DNA of 62,844 nt, the filler included. It is 6 parts of 6 records of this genome, joined end to end, with 100 filler letters (N's around TTAATTAATTAA, not from the genome) between each part and the next. Parts side by side here need not be neighbours in the genome. Positions count along the whole stretch, not along the records: positions 36,441 to 44,864 come from SRR31156797_1778; positions 44,965 to 51,328 come from SRR31156797_1785; 4 more parts are not named here. One strand, 5' to 3'. Positions 36,884-48,100 of the stretch are shown in pieces. Under the pieces are notes generated by a model. That model was not told where the DNA came from, did no database searches, and was given only the letters and a program-made list of their open reading frames with translations. How positions within the stretch are numbered: the first letter of the stretch is position 1; each line of letters begins with the position of its first letter. The translations under genes and the position numbers were made by a program.

Positions 36884-37879
36884 ATGAAAAGGGTAGCAGT
36901 AATTGGATTTGGTTTTATGGGTTTTGTTCACAGCCAGCAAATTCTTCGAAGTGAAAAGCTACAACTGGCTGCAATTGTTGAAAAAGACAAAGAACAAGTT
37001 GCGCAAAAAGTAAACGATCCGGATGGAAATTTTTCAACCGGAGAGATTGATGTTGCGGCTTTTTTGAAAATTCCGGTTTATGAAACGTTTGAAGAATGTC
37101 TCGGGAATGAGGAACTTGATGCCGTTCATATTTGCTTGCATACCGATTTACACTACATGTATGTAAAAATGGCCTTAAATGCCGGACTTCATGTGCTGGT
37201 AGAAAAACCGTTTGTTTTAGACATAGAACAAGGCAGGGAACTTATTAATTTGGCCAATAATAAGGGATTAATTCTGATGGTGGCACATGTTGTTCGTTTT
37301 ATGTCGCCATACAAAAAGCTAAACAAGATTATTGATTCTTGCGAATTCGGAGAATTGCGGTTTCTTTCATTAAAACGTTTTTCTGGTTTGCCAGTCTGGG
37401 GGCAATGGAAAGAGAAGCAAAAGGATTTTGGAAGTTCGGGAGGAGCACTTTTCGACCTGGTGATTCACGACATTGATTTTGCTGCTTTTGTTTTAGGCCA
37501 ACCTGATACGCTGCAAAGTAAAACATTATCAGGAAGATTAAGTGAGCACGATTACCTGAACACAACCTGGAAGTATACAAAGCAGGATATAACCGTTAGT
37601 ATTGAAGGAGGCAACATTTTTCATAGCAATTTTCCGTTTCGGGCAGAGTATGTAGCGGTTTTTGAAAAAGCTACTGTTCGGTTTTCAACCAACCATCCTG
37701 AATTTATTTATGTTGATAAAGATGATAGCTGCATAACCCTGGATGCAAATGATTTTGGGGATGGTTATTTTAGTGAGATACAATTGTTTGCCGAAAGCAT
37801 AACCAGCGGACAACTTCCGGAAAAGTATAGCCCAGAATCAGCACTGGATACCATATCCTTATGTTATCGTCACCGATAA
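36884..37879 (+). CDS. Gfo/Idh/MocA-family oxidoreductase
   Basis: VAVIGFGFMG, HVLVEKP, GGALFDLVIHDID. Confidence 0.93.
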   Translation: MKRVAVIGFGFMGFVHSQQILRSEKLQLAAIVEKDKEQVAQKVNDPDGNFSTGEIDVAAFLKIPVYETFEECLGNEELDAVHICLHTDLHYMYVKMALNAGLHVLVEKPFVLDIEQGRELINLANNKGLILMVAHVVRFMSPYKKLNKIIDSCEFGELRFLSLKRFSGLPVWGQWKEKQKDFGSSGGALFDLVIHDIDFAAFVLGQPDTLQSKTLSGRLSEHDYLNTTWKYTKQDITVSIEGGNIFHSNFPFRAEYVAVFEKATVRFSTNHPEFIYVDKDDSCITLDANDFGDGYFSEIQLFAESITSGQLPEKYSPESALDTISLCYRHR

Positions 37880-37880
37880 A

Positions 37881-38351
37881 TTAGCGGTTATCAATGTTTT
37901 CCGGATTTAAATCGTGGTTTTGCATGCGAAGCCAGGCCATTTCTTCATACTTTGTACCCGGCTTTCCATAATTGCTATACGGATCGATACTTAGACCACC
38001 ACGTGGTAAGAATTTTCCCCAAATCTCAATGTATTTCGGTTCCATCAATTTAATCAGGTCTTTCAGCATAATATTAATGCAATCTTCATGGAAAGCACCG
38101 TGATTCCGGAAACTAAAAAAGTATAACTTCAAACTTTTACTTTCAACCAGTTTCTTGTCCGGAATATAGCTCAGGTAAATGGTGGCAAAATCGGGTTGGT
38201 TGGTTATGGGGCACAAACTTGTAAACTCGGGACAATTAAATTTTACCCAATAGTCGTTTTCAGGATGTTTATTGTCGAATGCCTCCAAAACATCAGGTTG
38301 ATAATCAAAAAGATAATTGGTTTCTTGGCCCAGGTTTTTAAGCTCGCTCAT
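37881..38351 (-). CDS. queF: preQ0 reductase (unimodular QueF)
   Basis: [33 protein letters not shown]. Confidence 0.96.
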   Translation of the reverse strand: MSELKNLGQETNYLFDYQPDVLEAFDNKHPENDYWVKFNCPEFTSLCPITNQPDFATIYLSYIPDKKLVESKSLKLYFFSFRNHGAFHEDCINIMLKDLIKLMEPKYIEIWGKFLPRGGLSIDPYSNYGKPGTKYEEMAWLRMQNHDLNPENIDNR

Positions 38352-38395
38352 TACTCTCGTTTTTTAATGGTCTAACAATATTCTTTCTGAACTTT

Positions 38396-38431
38396 CAAAG
38401 GTAAAGTATTATTCGGGTTTTTAACTCAAAA
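38396..38431 (-). promoter_or_regulatory. Bacteroidota sigmaA-type promoter for queF
   Basis: Minus strand TTTG...TACCTTTG matches the -33/-7 TAnnTTTG consensus. Confidence 0.6.
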
Positions 38432-38501
38432 AAAAACATACGATGCCTTATGATTGCAAGTATCCGGTATAAATCAAAGAATTTCCCTTTCCACTGGTGC
38501 T

Positions 38502-39365
38502 CTATTTTTCAATTGGCTCGGGGTGTATGGTGGTTATAAAACCAAATTCGTTTTTGATAACCTGTTCAATTTTAGAGCAAATTTCGTGGGTCTCGTAAAG
38601 CGACATTTCGGGCGGTAGTTTAATGTGGCAACTCATTTCGGTATGATTACCATAGTGGTGCAAATGAATATGATGAAGGTTAAGCTGATATTTACACTTG
38701 GATTGTACTGTTTCGTGAATGGAGTTTAAGAGTTCTTCTGAGGGGCTTTCGCCAAGTAAGGACTTTATTTCCTTGGAAAGAATTTCGAAACTTGCCCACC
38801 CAATCATTATTGCCACTATAAAACCAAGTACAGCATCGGTCCACCAGAAGTATTTGCCAATGGCCAAACCAATTAAAATAATTACCGATGATAATGCATC
38901 GGTACGGTGGTGCCATCCATCTGCTTTCAGAATTGAAGATTCTGTTTTTCGGTAACCCCACATGGCATATTGAGCCAGTAATTCTTTAACAACAATGGAA
39001 ACAATTGTAACCACCCAGGCAATGGTACCGAAATTGGTTTGTTCGCGCGAACTAAATTTTTGAACAGATTCGGAAATAAAATCGAAAGCTACAATAGCCA
39101 GCAAAACACCAATAATAATCGCAGTTATATGTTCTATTCGTCCGTGCCCAAAGGGGTGGTCGTTGTCGGCCGGTTTATTTGATATTCTTGCTCCAACAAG
39201 TACAATTATCGAAGAAACAGAGTCGGTTAAGGTATGCCAGGCATCGGCAATTAATGCCACTGATCCGGTTACGATACCTGCCCAGTATTTTAGACCAAAT
39301 AACAGGGTATTGGCAATTATCGAAAGCCAACCTTCACGAATAATGTAGTTGTTTTTGTTTTTCAT
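38502..39365 (-). CDS. Cation diffusion facilitator (FieF-like) transporter
   Basis: SVALIADAWHTLTD, HPFGHGRIE, ADGWHHRTD, IHPEP. Confidence 0.93.
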   Translation of the reverse strand: MKNKNNYIIREGWLSIIANTLLFGLKYWAGIVTGSVALIADAWHTLTDSVSSIIVLVGARISNKPADNDHPFGHGRIEHITAIIIGVLLAIVAFDFISESVQKFSSREQTNFGTIAWVVTIVSIVVKELLAQYAMWGYRKTESSILKADGWHHRTDALSSVIILIGLAIGKYFWWTDAVLGFIVAIMIGWASFEILSKEIKSLLGESPSEELLNSIHETVQSKCKYQLNLHHIHLHHYGNHTEMSCHIKLPPEMSLYETHEICSKIEQVIKNEFGFITTIHPEPIEK

Positions 39366-39448
39366 TAAGATGGGTACTAAAATCAAAAATATCAAAAACA
39401 GATTAGAAAAGGAAAGGTTTATGTCTGGATTAACTTTAAGTAATTGTT

Positions 39449-40159
39449 TTAATTGTTTTGAAGCAGATTATTTAAATGTGGCTTATAGTTTCTTCCAACA
39501 GGTAGTTTCTTTTTATTGATTTCTACAAAACCCGGCCCAACGGATTCAATCTTTGAGATAGAAATAATATAACTTCGATGAATCTGAATAAATTCTTTTG
39601 ATGAAAGAATGTTGGCCAGATTACTGATTCTTTCTTTTGTAACAATCTTATTTTTGGAAGTTAAAGCAATAACATAATCTCCAAGGCTTTCAAAGTACAG
39701 AATGTCGCATAAATTGACTTTGTAATGTTTTTTGTCGGCCTTCAAAAAAATAAATTCCTGATTTTTGTTTTCTTCTTCTGTAGTGGATGGTTGGGGAGTT
39801 TTTGGAGTTTTCAACTCTAAAAAATGGTTGATAGCTTTAGTAAACCTCTCAAATGAAATGGGTTTTAGTAAGTAATCCACCACATTTAACTCAAAGGCAT
39901 CAACCGCGTAATCGCGGTAAGCTGTTGTAAAAATTACCTTTGGTGGATGGGACAATGAGCGAATGAAATCAACACCGGTAATCTGTGGCATCTGGATGTC
40001 GCAAAATATTAAATCGATGTTTTCTTTTTGCAGGAGGGGTATGGCCTCAATTGCATTGTTGCATTCGGCCACTACCTTAAAATCTGTAAAAGCTGAAAGG
40101 TGATTTCGGATTACACGAACAGCAATAGGTTCGTCGTCGATGATTATGCAGTAGTACAT
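39449..40159 (-). CDS. LytTR-family response regulator
   Basis: IIDDEP, CDIQMP, DYLLKP, FIQIHRSYII. Confidence 0.94.
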   Translation of the reverse strand: MYYCIIIDDEPIAVRVIRNHLSAFTDFKVVAECNNAIEAIPLLQKENIDLIFCDIQMPQITGVDFIRSLSHPPKVIFTTAYRDYAVDAFELNVVDYLLKPISFERFTKAINHFLELKTPKTPQPSTTEEENKNQEFIFLKADKKHYKVNLCDILYFESLGDYVIALTSKNKIVTKERISNLANILSSKEFIQIHRSYIISISKIESVGPGFVEINKKKLPVGRNYKPHLNNLLQNN

Positions 40160-40162
40160 GTA

Positions 40163-41248
40163 TTATTCCTCCAATTGCAAAGTTAAATTTACAGAATAAA
40201 AATCTTCTTTATCTTCGATTTGCAGGATGTATTTTTCAGGATAAAGTAATTCTAAACGTTTTCGGGCGTTGTGCAAACCTATTCCTTTCGAATAGCCATT
40301 CCCCGATTTTGATTCCCGATTTTTCGAATTCTCTATTTTAAAGATTAATGTTGTATCAATTAGTTTAATGTTTGTGTTTACAAAAGCGGTTCCGGGAAAC
40401 TGGCTTACCCCATGTTTAAAGGCATTCTCGATAAAGGGCAGTACGATTAACGGAGCAATTTGCAGTTTACCTGTTTCACCCGGAAAATCAACCTTCATTT
40501 TAAGTTTGGTCGAATACCTGATCTTTTCAATCTCAATATAGTTGTTTAGGTTTTTCAATTCCTCTGAGAGCCTCACCTTTTTAGCATTGCAACGGTATAA
40601 AATATAATCCAGAATCTCTGAAAGCCGCAACACCAAATCTGGAGCATCATCAGATTTTTCGAGGGTAAGTCCGTATAAATTATTTAATGTGTTAAAGAGA
40701 AAATGAGGATGGATTTGTGCTTTAAGCAACTTTAGTTCAGCTTCTTTAAGTTTAAGCTGGGTGCTTAATTGAGTCCTCTCCATTTCGTTTTTTTCCTGCT
40801 GAATAAATAAGGCTCGTTTTATTTGTCTCACTGCAATTGTAAAAAACACAATAAAATTGAGAGTCATTACTTGAAGTTCCGGATGTAAAACAGATGGATC
40901 TATGGCATCTTTGTAATTCAAAATGTAGATTAAGGCGTAAAAAACAATAAGAAATGAAAGCCAAACACCAACTAGAAGGGTGAAGAAACTGTAAAGGAAA
41001 AATTTTGCATATTGTTTTTTCCATAAATAGCGCGGTACCAATATGTAATTGAAAAAATAACTAATTGCAATTGCAACAGGTAGCAAACCAGTTGAAAAAA
41101 TGATGGAAGCTTCTCGAAAGTCACTATTCCAGCTAAAAAGAAAGAAATAGAAAAACGCGACTACTATCCAGAATAGAAAGTGGTATACAATTCTTGTCAT
41201 TTTTGATTGATTGACCAACTGGATTGTATTTTGAATTCTTTTAATCAT
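40163..41248 (-). CDS. LytS-type sensor histidine kinase
   Basis: 4 TM helices, LKAQIHPHFLFNTLNN, FIENAFKHG, GIGLHN. Confidence 0.94.
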   Translation of the reverse strand: MIKRIQNTIQLVNQSKMTRIVYHFLFWIVVAFFYFFLFSWNSDFREASIIFSTGLLPVAIAISYFFNYILVPRYLWKKQYAKFFLYSFFTLLVGVWLSFLIVFYALIYILNYKDAIDPSVLHPELQVMTLNFIVFFTIAVRQIKRALFIQQEKNEMERTQLSTQLKLKEAELKLLKAQIHPHFLFNTLNNLYGLTLEKSDDAPDLVLRLSEILDYILYRCNAKKVRLSEELKNLNNYIEIEKIRYSTKLKMKVDFPGETGKLQIAPLIVLPFIENAFKHGVSQFPGTAFVNTNIKLIDTTLIFKIENSKNRESKSGNGYSKGIGLHNARKRLELLYPEKYILQIEDKEDFYSVNLTLQLEE

Positions 41249-41300
41249 AGACTAATTAAAATTAGCAATTTATTGCAGCTTTCTATAATCATGCAAATTT

Positions 41301-41401
41301 GTTGTTGAAAGGCATTAAAGTGGAGTTGAACTACAGAAATGCACTTAGTTTCGTAGCTTTATAGAAAAAAAGTTGTTTAAGCCGCAAATTGCGTCGTTCG
41401 G
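41301..41401 (+). promoter_or_regulatory. Two pairs of LytTR-type direct repeats
   Basis: GTTGAA at 41304 and 41325; GTTTAA at 41375 and GTTCGG at 41396; both pairs 21 bp apart. Confidence 0.55.
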
Positions 41402-41467
41402 CAACTAAATTCCTCTCTGGTAAGAAAGTAAGGTTAGATTGCAGCCATAAACTTAAAACGAACGATT

Positions 41468-41839
41468 ATGAGATTATTTGAAATGTACAAATGGGGTGGC
41501 TCATACATGAATATTATTTCGGTATTGGCATTTGTTATGTTGGTTGTGGCTGCTGTTAAGATTTATAGAATAGTGGCACTAAAAGAATATAATTTTAAAC
41601 TTCTCGGATTGATTCGCATGGCAGGTTCGTTTGCTGCTGCTTTTGGAATTCTTGCCCAGATTATAGGGATTATACAAGCGTTGGAATGTATAAGGGAGGC
41701 TGCCGATATTTCTCCTCAAATTGTGATGGGAGGAGCAATCGTAAGTTTTTATACTACAATCTGGGGGTTAGTGGTGTTACTGATTTCTTTGCTTTTTTAT
41801 TACATACTAAACGAAATAGTAAAGCATAAGCAAGCTTAA
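41468..41839 (+). CDS. Minimal 3-TM MotA/TolQ/ExbB-like protein
   Basis: GILAQIIGIIQAL..I....DISPQIVMGG..VSFYTTIWGL. Confidence 0.7.
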   Translation: MRLFEMYKWGGSYMNIISVLAFVMLVVAAVKIYRIVALKEYNFKLLGLIRMAGSFAAAFGILAQIIGIIQALECIREAADISPQIVMGGAIVSFYTTIWGLVVLLISLLFYYILNEIVKHKQA

Positions 41840-41877
41840 GGTATAAGTTTTTCCTACGTAATCAAACCATCTTTATT

Positions 41878-43389
41878 ATGAATTATCGTATTTGGCTAAT
41901 GTTAATGGTTGCTTACAGTATGCTCAGTACTGGAATAATCAGTTTTGGTCAGGAACCAAGCTCAAACCTTCAAAACAATTATGTTTCGGTTGCTGGTTTA
42001 TGGAGATGTACACCGGAAACAGCATTAGAGCTTGAATCCATTACGCTTAAGGCAACCATTTTAATTCGGCAATACGTGTTTTCAGGTTGGAGTGTGCAGG
42101 GGTGCTTTATGTGGGAAGAGGGATTCTGTGACTATTGGGATGTTTCTAATTTTCAGTTTAATGATACTACCAAACAGGTGACTTTTAGTGATAGTGACGG
42201 TAGCTTATTTATCGGAGTATATGATGAATCTAAACAGCAAATTCGCGGAATGGTGTATTCTTCCCAGGGTGATACTTTGGTTCCTGAAGATAAACTTGAT
42301 TTCCAAAGAATAAATGATGTTAGTCCTGAACGTTTATTTACGCCAAGAAGCCCCCTAAAGGATGGTAGTATAAGATATGTTTATAAAACTCCGAAAGATA
42401 TAGTCGGAATACCCGGAGAATCTATCGGGAAATTTGTTAATGATTCACTTGCCTTTACTCATTTTATTGCGGATGTTATTAACCAAAAGTATGGACGCCT
42501 GGAATCATTATTAATCGCAAAAGATGGGAAGTTAGTTTTAGAAGAGTATTTTTTTGATTATAAATCCAACCAGTTACACAATGTTTTTTCGTGTACAAAA
42601 AGTATTGTTTCACTACTAACAGGGATTGCATTAGGAGAAAACAATATCAACGATATGGATATTACTCTTTTGGAGCTCTTTCCGCAGTTTGAACAATTAA
42701 AAATGAATAAGAAAGAAAAGATTACTTTAAAACATGTGTTAACAATGTCTACAGGGTTAAAGCGAGTTGATATCCATAAATTTAAAAATACCAGTGTTTT
42801 ACTGGATTCTATCTTCTCTCAACCATTGGAATCGGAACCTGGAACTGAATTTAAGTACCATTGGAACAGTCCAAATATTTTGGGAGGTCTTATATTTCTA
42901 CTTACCGGACAATGCGTTAACACATATGCCAAAGAAAATTTTTTTGATCCCCTTGGTATTAAGTGTTACAAATGGGGTGACGATTTTGGTGTTCCGGACT
43001 GTCATAGTAATCTTCACTTATTACCCAGAGATATGGTGAAAATTGGAATGTTAATACTGAATAGGGGCAAGTGGCAAGAGAAACAAATTGTACCAGAAAG
43101 TTGGATTCTTCAATCAACATTGCCTCAGATTAGAGAAAGTAAATTTTTTGATTATGGATATCTGTGGTGGCTTCGATCTTCAAAAAACAACTCATGGTGG
43201 GAGAATACTAGTAAGGAGGTGGAGAAAGACATGATAGTTGCATTGGGTTTTGGAGGACAATACATTTTTATCATCAACGATCTCAATCTTGTTATAGTGA
43301 TCACATCTTCAGATTACAACGAAAGTAATGGTCGATCTTTTGAGAAAATTCCAATGGTGAAAGAAAAGGTAGTTCCTCTTTTTGAATAG
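41878..43389 (+). CDS. Exported serine hydrolase (class C beta-lactamase/NylB-like) with N-terminal extra domain
   Basis: FSCTKS (SxxK), LTMSTG, PGTEFKY, YGYLWW, ALGFGGQ. Confidence 0.88.
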   Translation: MNYRIWLMLMVAYSMLSTGIISFGQEPSSNLQNNYVSVAGLWRCTPETALELESITLKATILIRQYVFSGWSVQGCFMWEEGFCDYWDVSNFQFNDTTKQVTFSDSDGSLFIGVYDESKQQIRGMVYSSQGDTLVPEDKLDFQRINDVSPERLFTPRSPLKDGSIRYVYKTPKDIVGIPGESIGKFVNDSLAFTHFIADVINQKYGRLESLLIAKDGKLVLEEYFFDYKSNQLHNVFSCTKSIVSLLTGIALGENNINDMDITLLELFPQFEQLKMNKKEKITLKHVLTMSTGLKRVDIHKFKNTSVLLDSIFSQPLESEPGTEFKYHWNSPNILGGLIFLLTGQCVNTYAKENFFDPLGIKCYKWGDDFGVPDCHSNLHLLPRDMVKIGMLILNRGKWQEKQIVPESWILQSTLPQIRESKFFDYGYLWWLRSSKNNSWWENTSKEVEKDMIVALGFGGQYIFIINDLNLVIVITSSDYNESNGRSFEKIPMVKEKVVPLFE

Positions 43390-43393
43390 ATGT

Positions 43394-44080
43394 TTATTCA
43401 ATTTTATCCGATACCTTACCAATAATCTTATTCAAAACAGGTATGTTCTGAAACCGGCTGAATAAACTTCCTTTGCCGTAATGAAGCAAAATATTTCGAA
43501 CATAAATAAACAGCCCTAAACTGTGTGCTGCAAAAAGAACCGGATCGAGTCGTATGATGGAGTAGGTAAAAATCATCATCGAACCACAGGTGCTGATAAT
43601 CCAGAAGCCAAGTGGCAACAACGACTCTTTTCTGTTTTCAGAATAAATCCACTGGTAAAAAAATCGTGAGATAAAAACGATCTGTGCCAGAGTTCCCCAA
43701 ACCATCCAAAACAAGGAAACATCTTTGTTATTCATGATCGAATTAAAACTCCCCGATGTGATTAACCATATCCAGTAACTTATTGGGATAACAATAGCTA
43801 GCACACGCGATATAATATGCATTTGGTTCCAGGCTTTTTTTAGCTGCAGATTACGAATATAAATGCTGTACACCAACGATTGTCCGATTACAATGGCAAA
43901 GTCGTTACGTAAAATTCCATAGCTTAGCATTAAAATGCTGGCGATAAGGCTAATTTGCCAATATATGATGGGGGAGATCACTTCTCCTTCTTGTTCCGAT
44001 TTAAACCATTGTGTAATGGTTCGGATGAAGAACAATCCCTGGGCTAAAAAACCTAACGCTATTATTAAAATGCTGTCCAT
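43394..44080 (-). CDS. Lipid-A-disaccharide synthase N-terminal (LAB_N) domain membrane protein
   Basis: Two repeats G.LAQ..F..R...QW..SE...E...P..(Y/F)W.IS. Confidence 0.88.
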   Translation of the reverse strand: MDSILIIALGFLAQGLFFIRTITQWFKSEQEGEVISPIIYWQISLIASILMLSYGILRNDFAIVIGQSLVYSIYIRNLQLKKAWNQMHIISRVLAIVIPISYWIWLITSGSFNSIMNNKDVSLFWMVWGTLAQIVFISRFFYQWIYSENRKESLLPLGFWIISTCGSMMIFTYSIIRLDPVLFAAHSLGLFIYVRNILLHYGKGSLFSRFQNIPVLNKIIGKVSDKIE

Positions 44081-44144
44081 TGTAATTGTTTGCGTAGCAA
44101 AAGTAGAGATTCGGGTGAGATATGCCTCCTGATTAACGGATGAT

Positions 44145-44864
44145 TTATAATTCTTCCAATTTTTTTAAGGTTTCGCGAGCAGCATTCTGGTGTGCTTCCT
44201 TTTTCGAGGTACCGATACCCTGGCCAACTTCTTTATCGTCAATTTTTACAGTAGCCTTAAATTTTGGTTGCTTTTGTTTCTCATCAGTTTCCTCAGTGGT
44301 TTCAAACTCTATTTCACGTTTGTTTTTTTGGCTCCACTCAATAAGTTGACTTTTAAAATTCGAATCTTCTTGTTCAATCTCGTTCAGGTTGACAAACTGC
44401 GAAAGTATTTTTTTTGTCACAAAGAATTTTGCGGTCTGGTAGTCCTTATCAAGGTAGATAGCTCCAATTAAAGCTTCAAGTGCATCTCCGTAAATGTGGC
44501 TTTTGTCAATGTTTTTTGTCGTATTCGAATCAATAAAAACATGCAGGCCCATTTCGTGTGTAAGCTTGGTAAGAAAAGCACGATTTACCAGTTTCGATCG
44601 GGTTTTGGTAAGAAAACCTTCGTCTTCCTGGGGAAAACGGTTATAAAGAAAATCAGCGATGATTGCACCAAGTATGGCATCTCCAAGGTATTCTAAACGT
44701 TCGTTGTTTACAAAATTACCCTGCGAATCAACCGTTGAGGCCGATTTGTGAATAAATGCCAAATCGTATAGGCGTAGGTTTTGAGGATAAAACCCGAGTA
44801 GTTCTTTTAAAAACAAATAAAACTCTTTTCGATCAGACGAAAAGAGTTTTACTCGTTGTACTAT
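44145..44864 (-). CDS. rnc: Ribonuclease III (start lost at the contig edge)
   Basis: NERLEYLGDAIL, DALEALIGAIYLD, C-terminal dsRBD (SKKEAHQNAA). Confidence 0.97.
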   Translation of the reverse strand: MVQRVKLFSSDRKEFYLFLKELLGFYPQNLRLYDLAFIHKSASTVDSQGNFVNNERLEYLGDAILGAIIADFLYNRFPQEDEGFLTKTRSKLVNRAFLTKLTHEMGLHVFIDSNTTKNIDKSHIYGDALEALIGAIYLDKDYQTAKFFVTKKILSQFVNLNEIEQEDSNFKSQLIEWSQKNKREIEFETTEETDEKQKQPKFKATVKIDDKEVGQGIGTSKKEAHQNAARETLKKLEEL

Positions 44865-44964
44865 NNNNNNNNNNNNNNNNNNNNNNNNNNNNNNNNNNNN
44901 NNNNNNNNTTAATTAATTAANNNNNNNNNNNNNNNNNNNNNNNNNNNNNNNNNNNNNNNNNNNN
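44865..44964. other. Artificial contig spacer
   Basis: N-TTAATTAATTAA-N. Confidence 0.99.
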
Positions 44965-45052
44965 ATTCCGCGACCTCGCCCACGGCCTGGTGAAACTCCT
45001 TTTCCCCGGGATCCCTGTTTTTTACGAGCTCAAGAATGTCCGTCATTGTCAT
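44965..45052 (-). CDS. gdhA: NADP-glutamate dehydrogenase, N-terminal fragment
   Basis: GGGAGG RBS, then MTMTDILELVKNRDPGEKEFHQAVGEVAE (EFxQAVxEV motif). Confidence 0.85.
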
Positions 45053-45109
45053 TTCCTCCCTGACATATCTATATAGATGGTATTATTCCCTTTATAGTAT
45101 GCTGCACGG

Positions 45110-48100
45110 TTACATATGATCGGATTCGTCGCTGTATTCGCCCTCGGGGTCGTAAATCATGACCCCCTGGGACTCCCGGCCGTCCAGTTTCAAAACAAAC
45201 GGTTTGTCCAGTCGGACATGCGCCAGAAATTCGGTATCGCGCTCCGCGGGCAAACCGGTCAACCAGTCCCAATCAATAAAATCGGGCTGCTTGTCGGTTA
45301 CGGTTACATAGCTGATTCCCAACGTGGTGACGTTGTGAAAAAAATGAGATCCCTGGGACGGCTCGGGCTTGAGTTCGGGAACGTAAGTTTCCACCATGGC
45401 GCCCACGCCGGAAATGTCGGCCCATTCCACCGGGATGCCCAGCCAGCGATCGGAAGAACCCCACCTGCCGGGGCCGATCAGCAAATACGGCCGCCCTTCC
45501 TTTAGAAGCTCCGCGTTAATCTTGCCTATTTCCCGGGCAATTTCCGGAGTCCGGCCGGAATCGAAGGTGTCGGGCCTGACGTAAACAATGTCGGTAATGT
45601 CCTGGCTCTGGCCGTTGCCCAGGGCCTGGGTTGAATAGCAGAATGATCTCTTTACATCATCTTCGGAAATTTCAACTTCGACCAGCTCGGCCCTGGCCGT
45701 CATGGGCCTTAGCTGGAGAAAGGCAAAAACAGGCTTGGATTTCTTTTCCGCGGCCAAATCCACGGAAAACTCCAATTCAACCGGGCAGCCCATGCCATCC
45801 TGGGCCAGGGCCAGGGCGTCCATCAATATTTCCGCCAGGGGAAAAGTCTTGTATTTCAAAATTTGATTGAATGTTATAACCGGATGGCCGTTATTCATGA
45901 ACGAATCTTTGATTCTGTGCTCGGCCGGAACATATGCGCTGGCCAACCTGCGCACGGGATCTTCTCCGGACGCTTCGCCGATTTCCCTCTTGGTCAGGGT
46001 CAGTTCTTCGTTCACTCCCAGTTTTATCTCGTCGCCGCCCATGCCCAGTGCGTAAAAAGTGCTCTGACAGTTGCTCATGATATCGTCGACGCTGCTGAAT
46101 TGGGGCTGTATCTGAGGATACTTGGGTGAAAAGCGGACGGCCTTGCCGCCCTCCACCACGGTTCGGCCCAGCCCCAAAGCCATGGTGGCAATCCCTTCCT
46201 CGGGCTTCATCCTGTCGAACGGGTAGTAGTTATGAGACTGGGCCACTCCGGAAATCGCAGGATAATAATAGCCGCTATACTGTTCGCCGATCAGTTCCTG
46301 TACTATCACGGCCATCTTTTCGTCCTGAGTCCGCTGGCCGACCCTGCGGGCGAACGCCTTGGGGCCTTTGAAATAGGTTGAGGCGTAAACAAGCTTTATA
46401 GCCGTTACAAGTTGGTCTAGCCTTTTCTCCAGATCGGCGTTATCGTTGGGGATCATATAAGTTTTGTATAATCCCGCGTACGCCCTGAACTGTGCGTCCT
46501 CCAGCAAGCCTGAAGAGCGTACGGCCAATGGATAATTAACTTCAGACAAAAACGCTCTTAAATCAGCGGTTAAATCGTCCGGCAGGCGGGCTTCAACAAA
46601 ATATGAGGCAATCTCATCGTCTTCCATGTCCGCCTTGGCCAGCCAAACCAGATTGTTGGCCTCTACAAAATTGTCGAATTTTTCCGTGGTCAGGACCAGG
46701 GTGTGAGGTATTAGCAAATCGGCTTTTTCAAATTTTTCCTGTAGTTTGGGGTTGCGCTGCAACAACGTGGACACAAACGCCAATCCCCTGGCCTTGCCGC
46801 CCAACGATCCTTTACCGATTTTCAGGAAATCAGTATCCGGGTCGAACAAAGCTGCGTCAAAGTCGGCGACCACGCCTTTCTGACGCCATTTACGCCTGGC
46901 GGACAGGTTTGAAATCAGGTAATTGCGCATCTCATCAACATTGCCGGAAAAATCTTCCGCCGTGACCGGTCTGAGCCTCGAAGCCAAAAGAAATTCACAC
47001 CGGGCGAATAGCCAACGGGAAAAATCGTTGTGACTCCAATGATAGATAAAGGATTCATCCGGAACCGAAGGCAGCAATTTTTCCAGGGACCGCCGGTTGG
47101 CCGCACGTCCGACCTCGATGCCGTCTGGTTTGCGGAAAACAAAATCCCCAAAACCCAAACTGTTAAGAAAATAAGACTGGATTTCACTCAGCAGCGTCGG
47201 AGAATTCTTGTCGATAAACGAAGCCGGAATGCCGGCGGCTCTTACCTTGTTTTTGGGCTCCGAGCTTGTCAGCAGTAAGGGCAAATCCGGGATTTCAGCT
47301 TTGAACTTTGTCAAAAGGTCAATGCCGGCGTTATCGTCCAACTCGCAGTTTCTGGGAAAAGAAACATCCGATATGACGCCCAGAAGATAAGGCTTGAATT
47401 GCTCATACAGGCAAACGGCTTCCTCATAATTCTGAGCCACGATTATTTTCGCCCTGGCCCGCATGGTCAGCAAGCGGTGTTCTTCATTAAGCCCTTCTTC
47501 CAACACCGCCTGGGTCTGCCCGACCACCGATCTATATAATAATGGTAAAAAGGCGGAAAAAAATATGGGGGAATCTTCTATAAAAAGGATGACCCTGACG
47601 CCGGCCAGTTCCGTATCGTGGCTGACGTTCATACTGTCTTCCACGTTTTTTATCAAGGCCAGTAAAAAGTCGGCATTGCCGGACCAGACTACAAACCGGT
47701 CTATACCCGGGGCGATTTCGGCGCCGGGACGGCATTCCGGGGCCATGGAACTATGCGAAAGCAGTACGATGGAAATGCCCGGACGGATTTTTTTAGCGTT
47801 TTCGCCCAGGTCGTGGGCGTCCATGTCGGCCAGCCTCGGCATGGTGATAATCAGGTCGAAATGCTTTTGTTCCAGGGATTCAAGAGCTTGTTCAGCGGAA
47901 GAAACCCAGGTGAGCCTGGGGGGTTGGCTCAGGTTTAATCCCCTGTATTCATTTATTATTCTCTCTGCCAGCCGGCAGTCTTCTTCCATTATGCAGGCGT
48001 CGTATAAACTGGACACCAGGAGAATATCCCTGACCTTGTATCGCATCAGTTCGTGAAAGACCTTGAAACGAGGGTCGAAATCATCAGCAAAGTGGTTGAT

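Noticed and set aside
38352-38500. preQ1 riboswitch upstream of queF
   Set aside because: The leader is short; an A-rich tail is present but I could not find the P1 stem or the conserved loop
1-41839. Duplication of LytS/LytTR and MotA-like genes as one system
   Set aside because: The copies are on unrelated contigs
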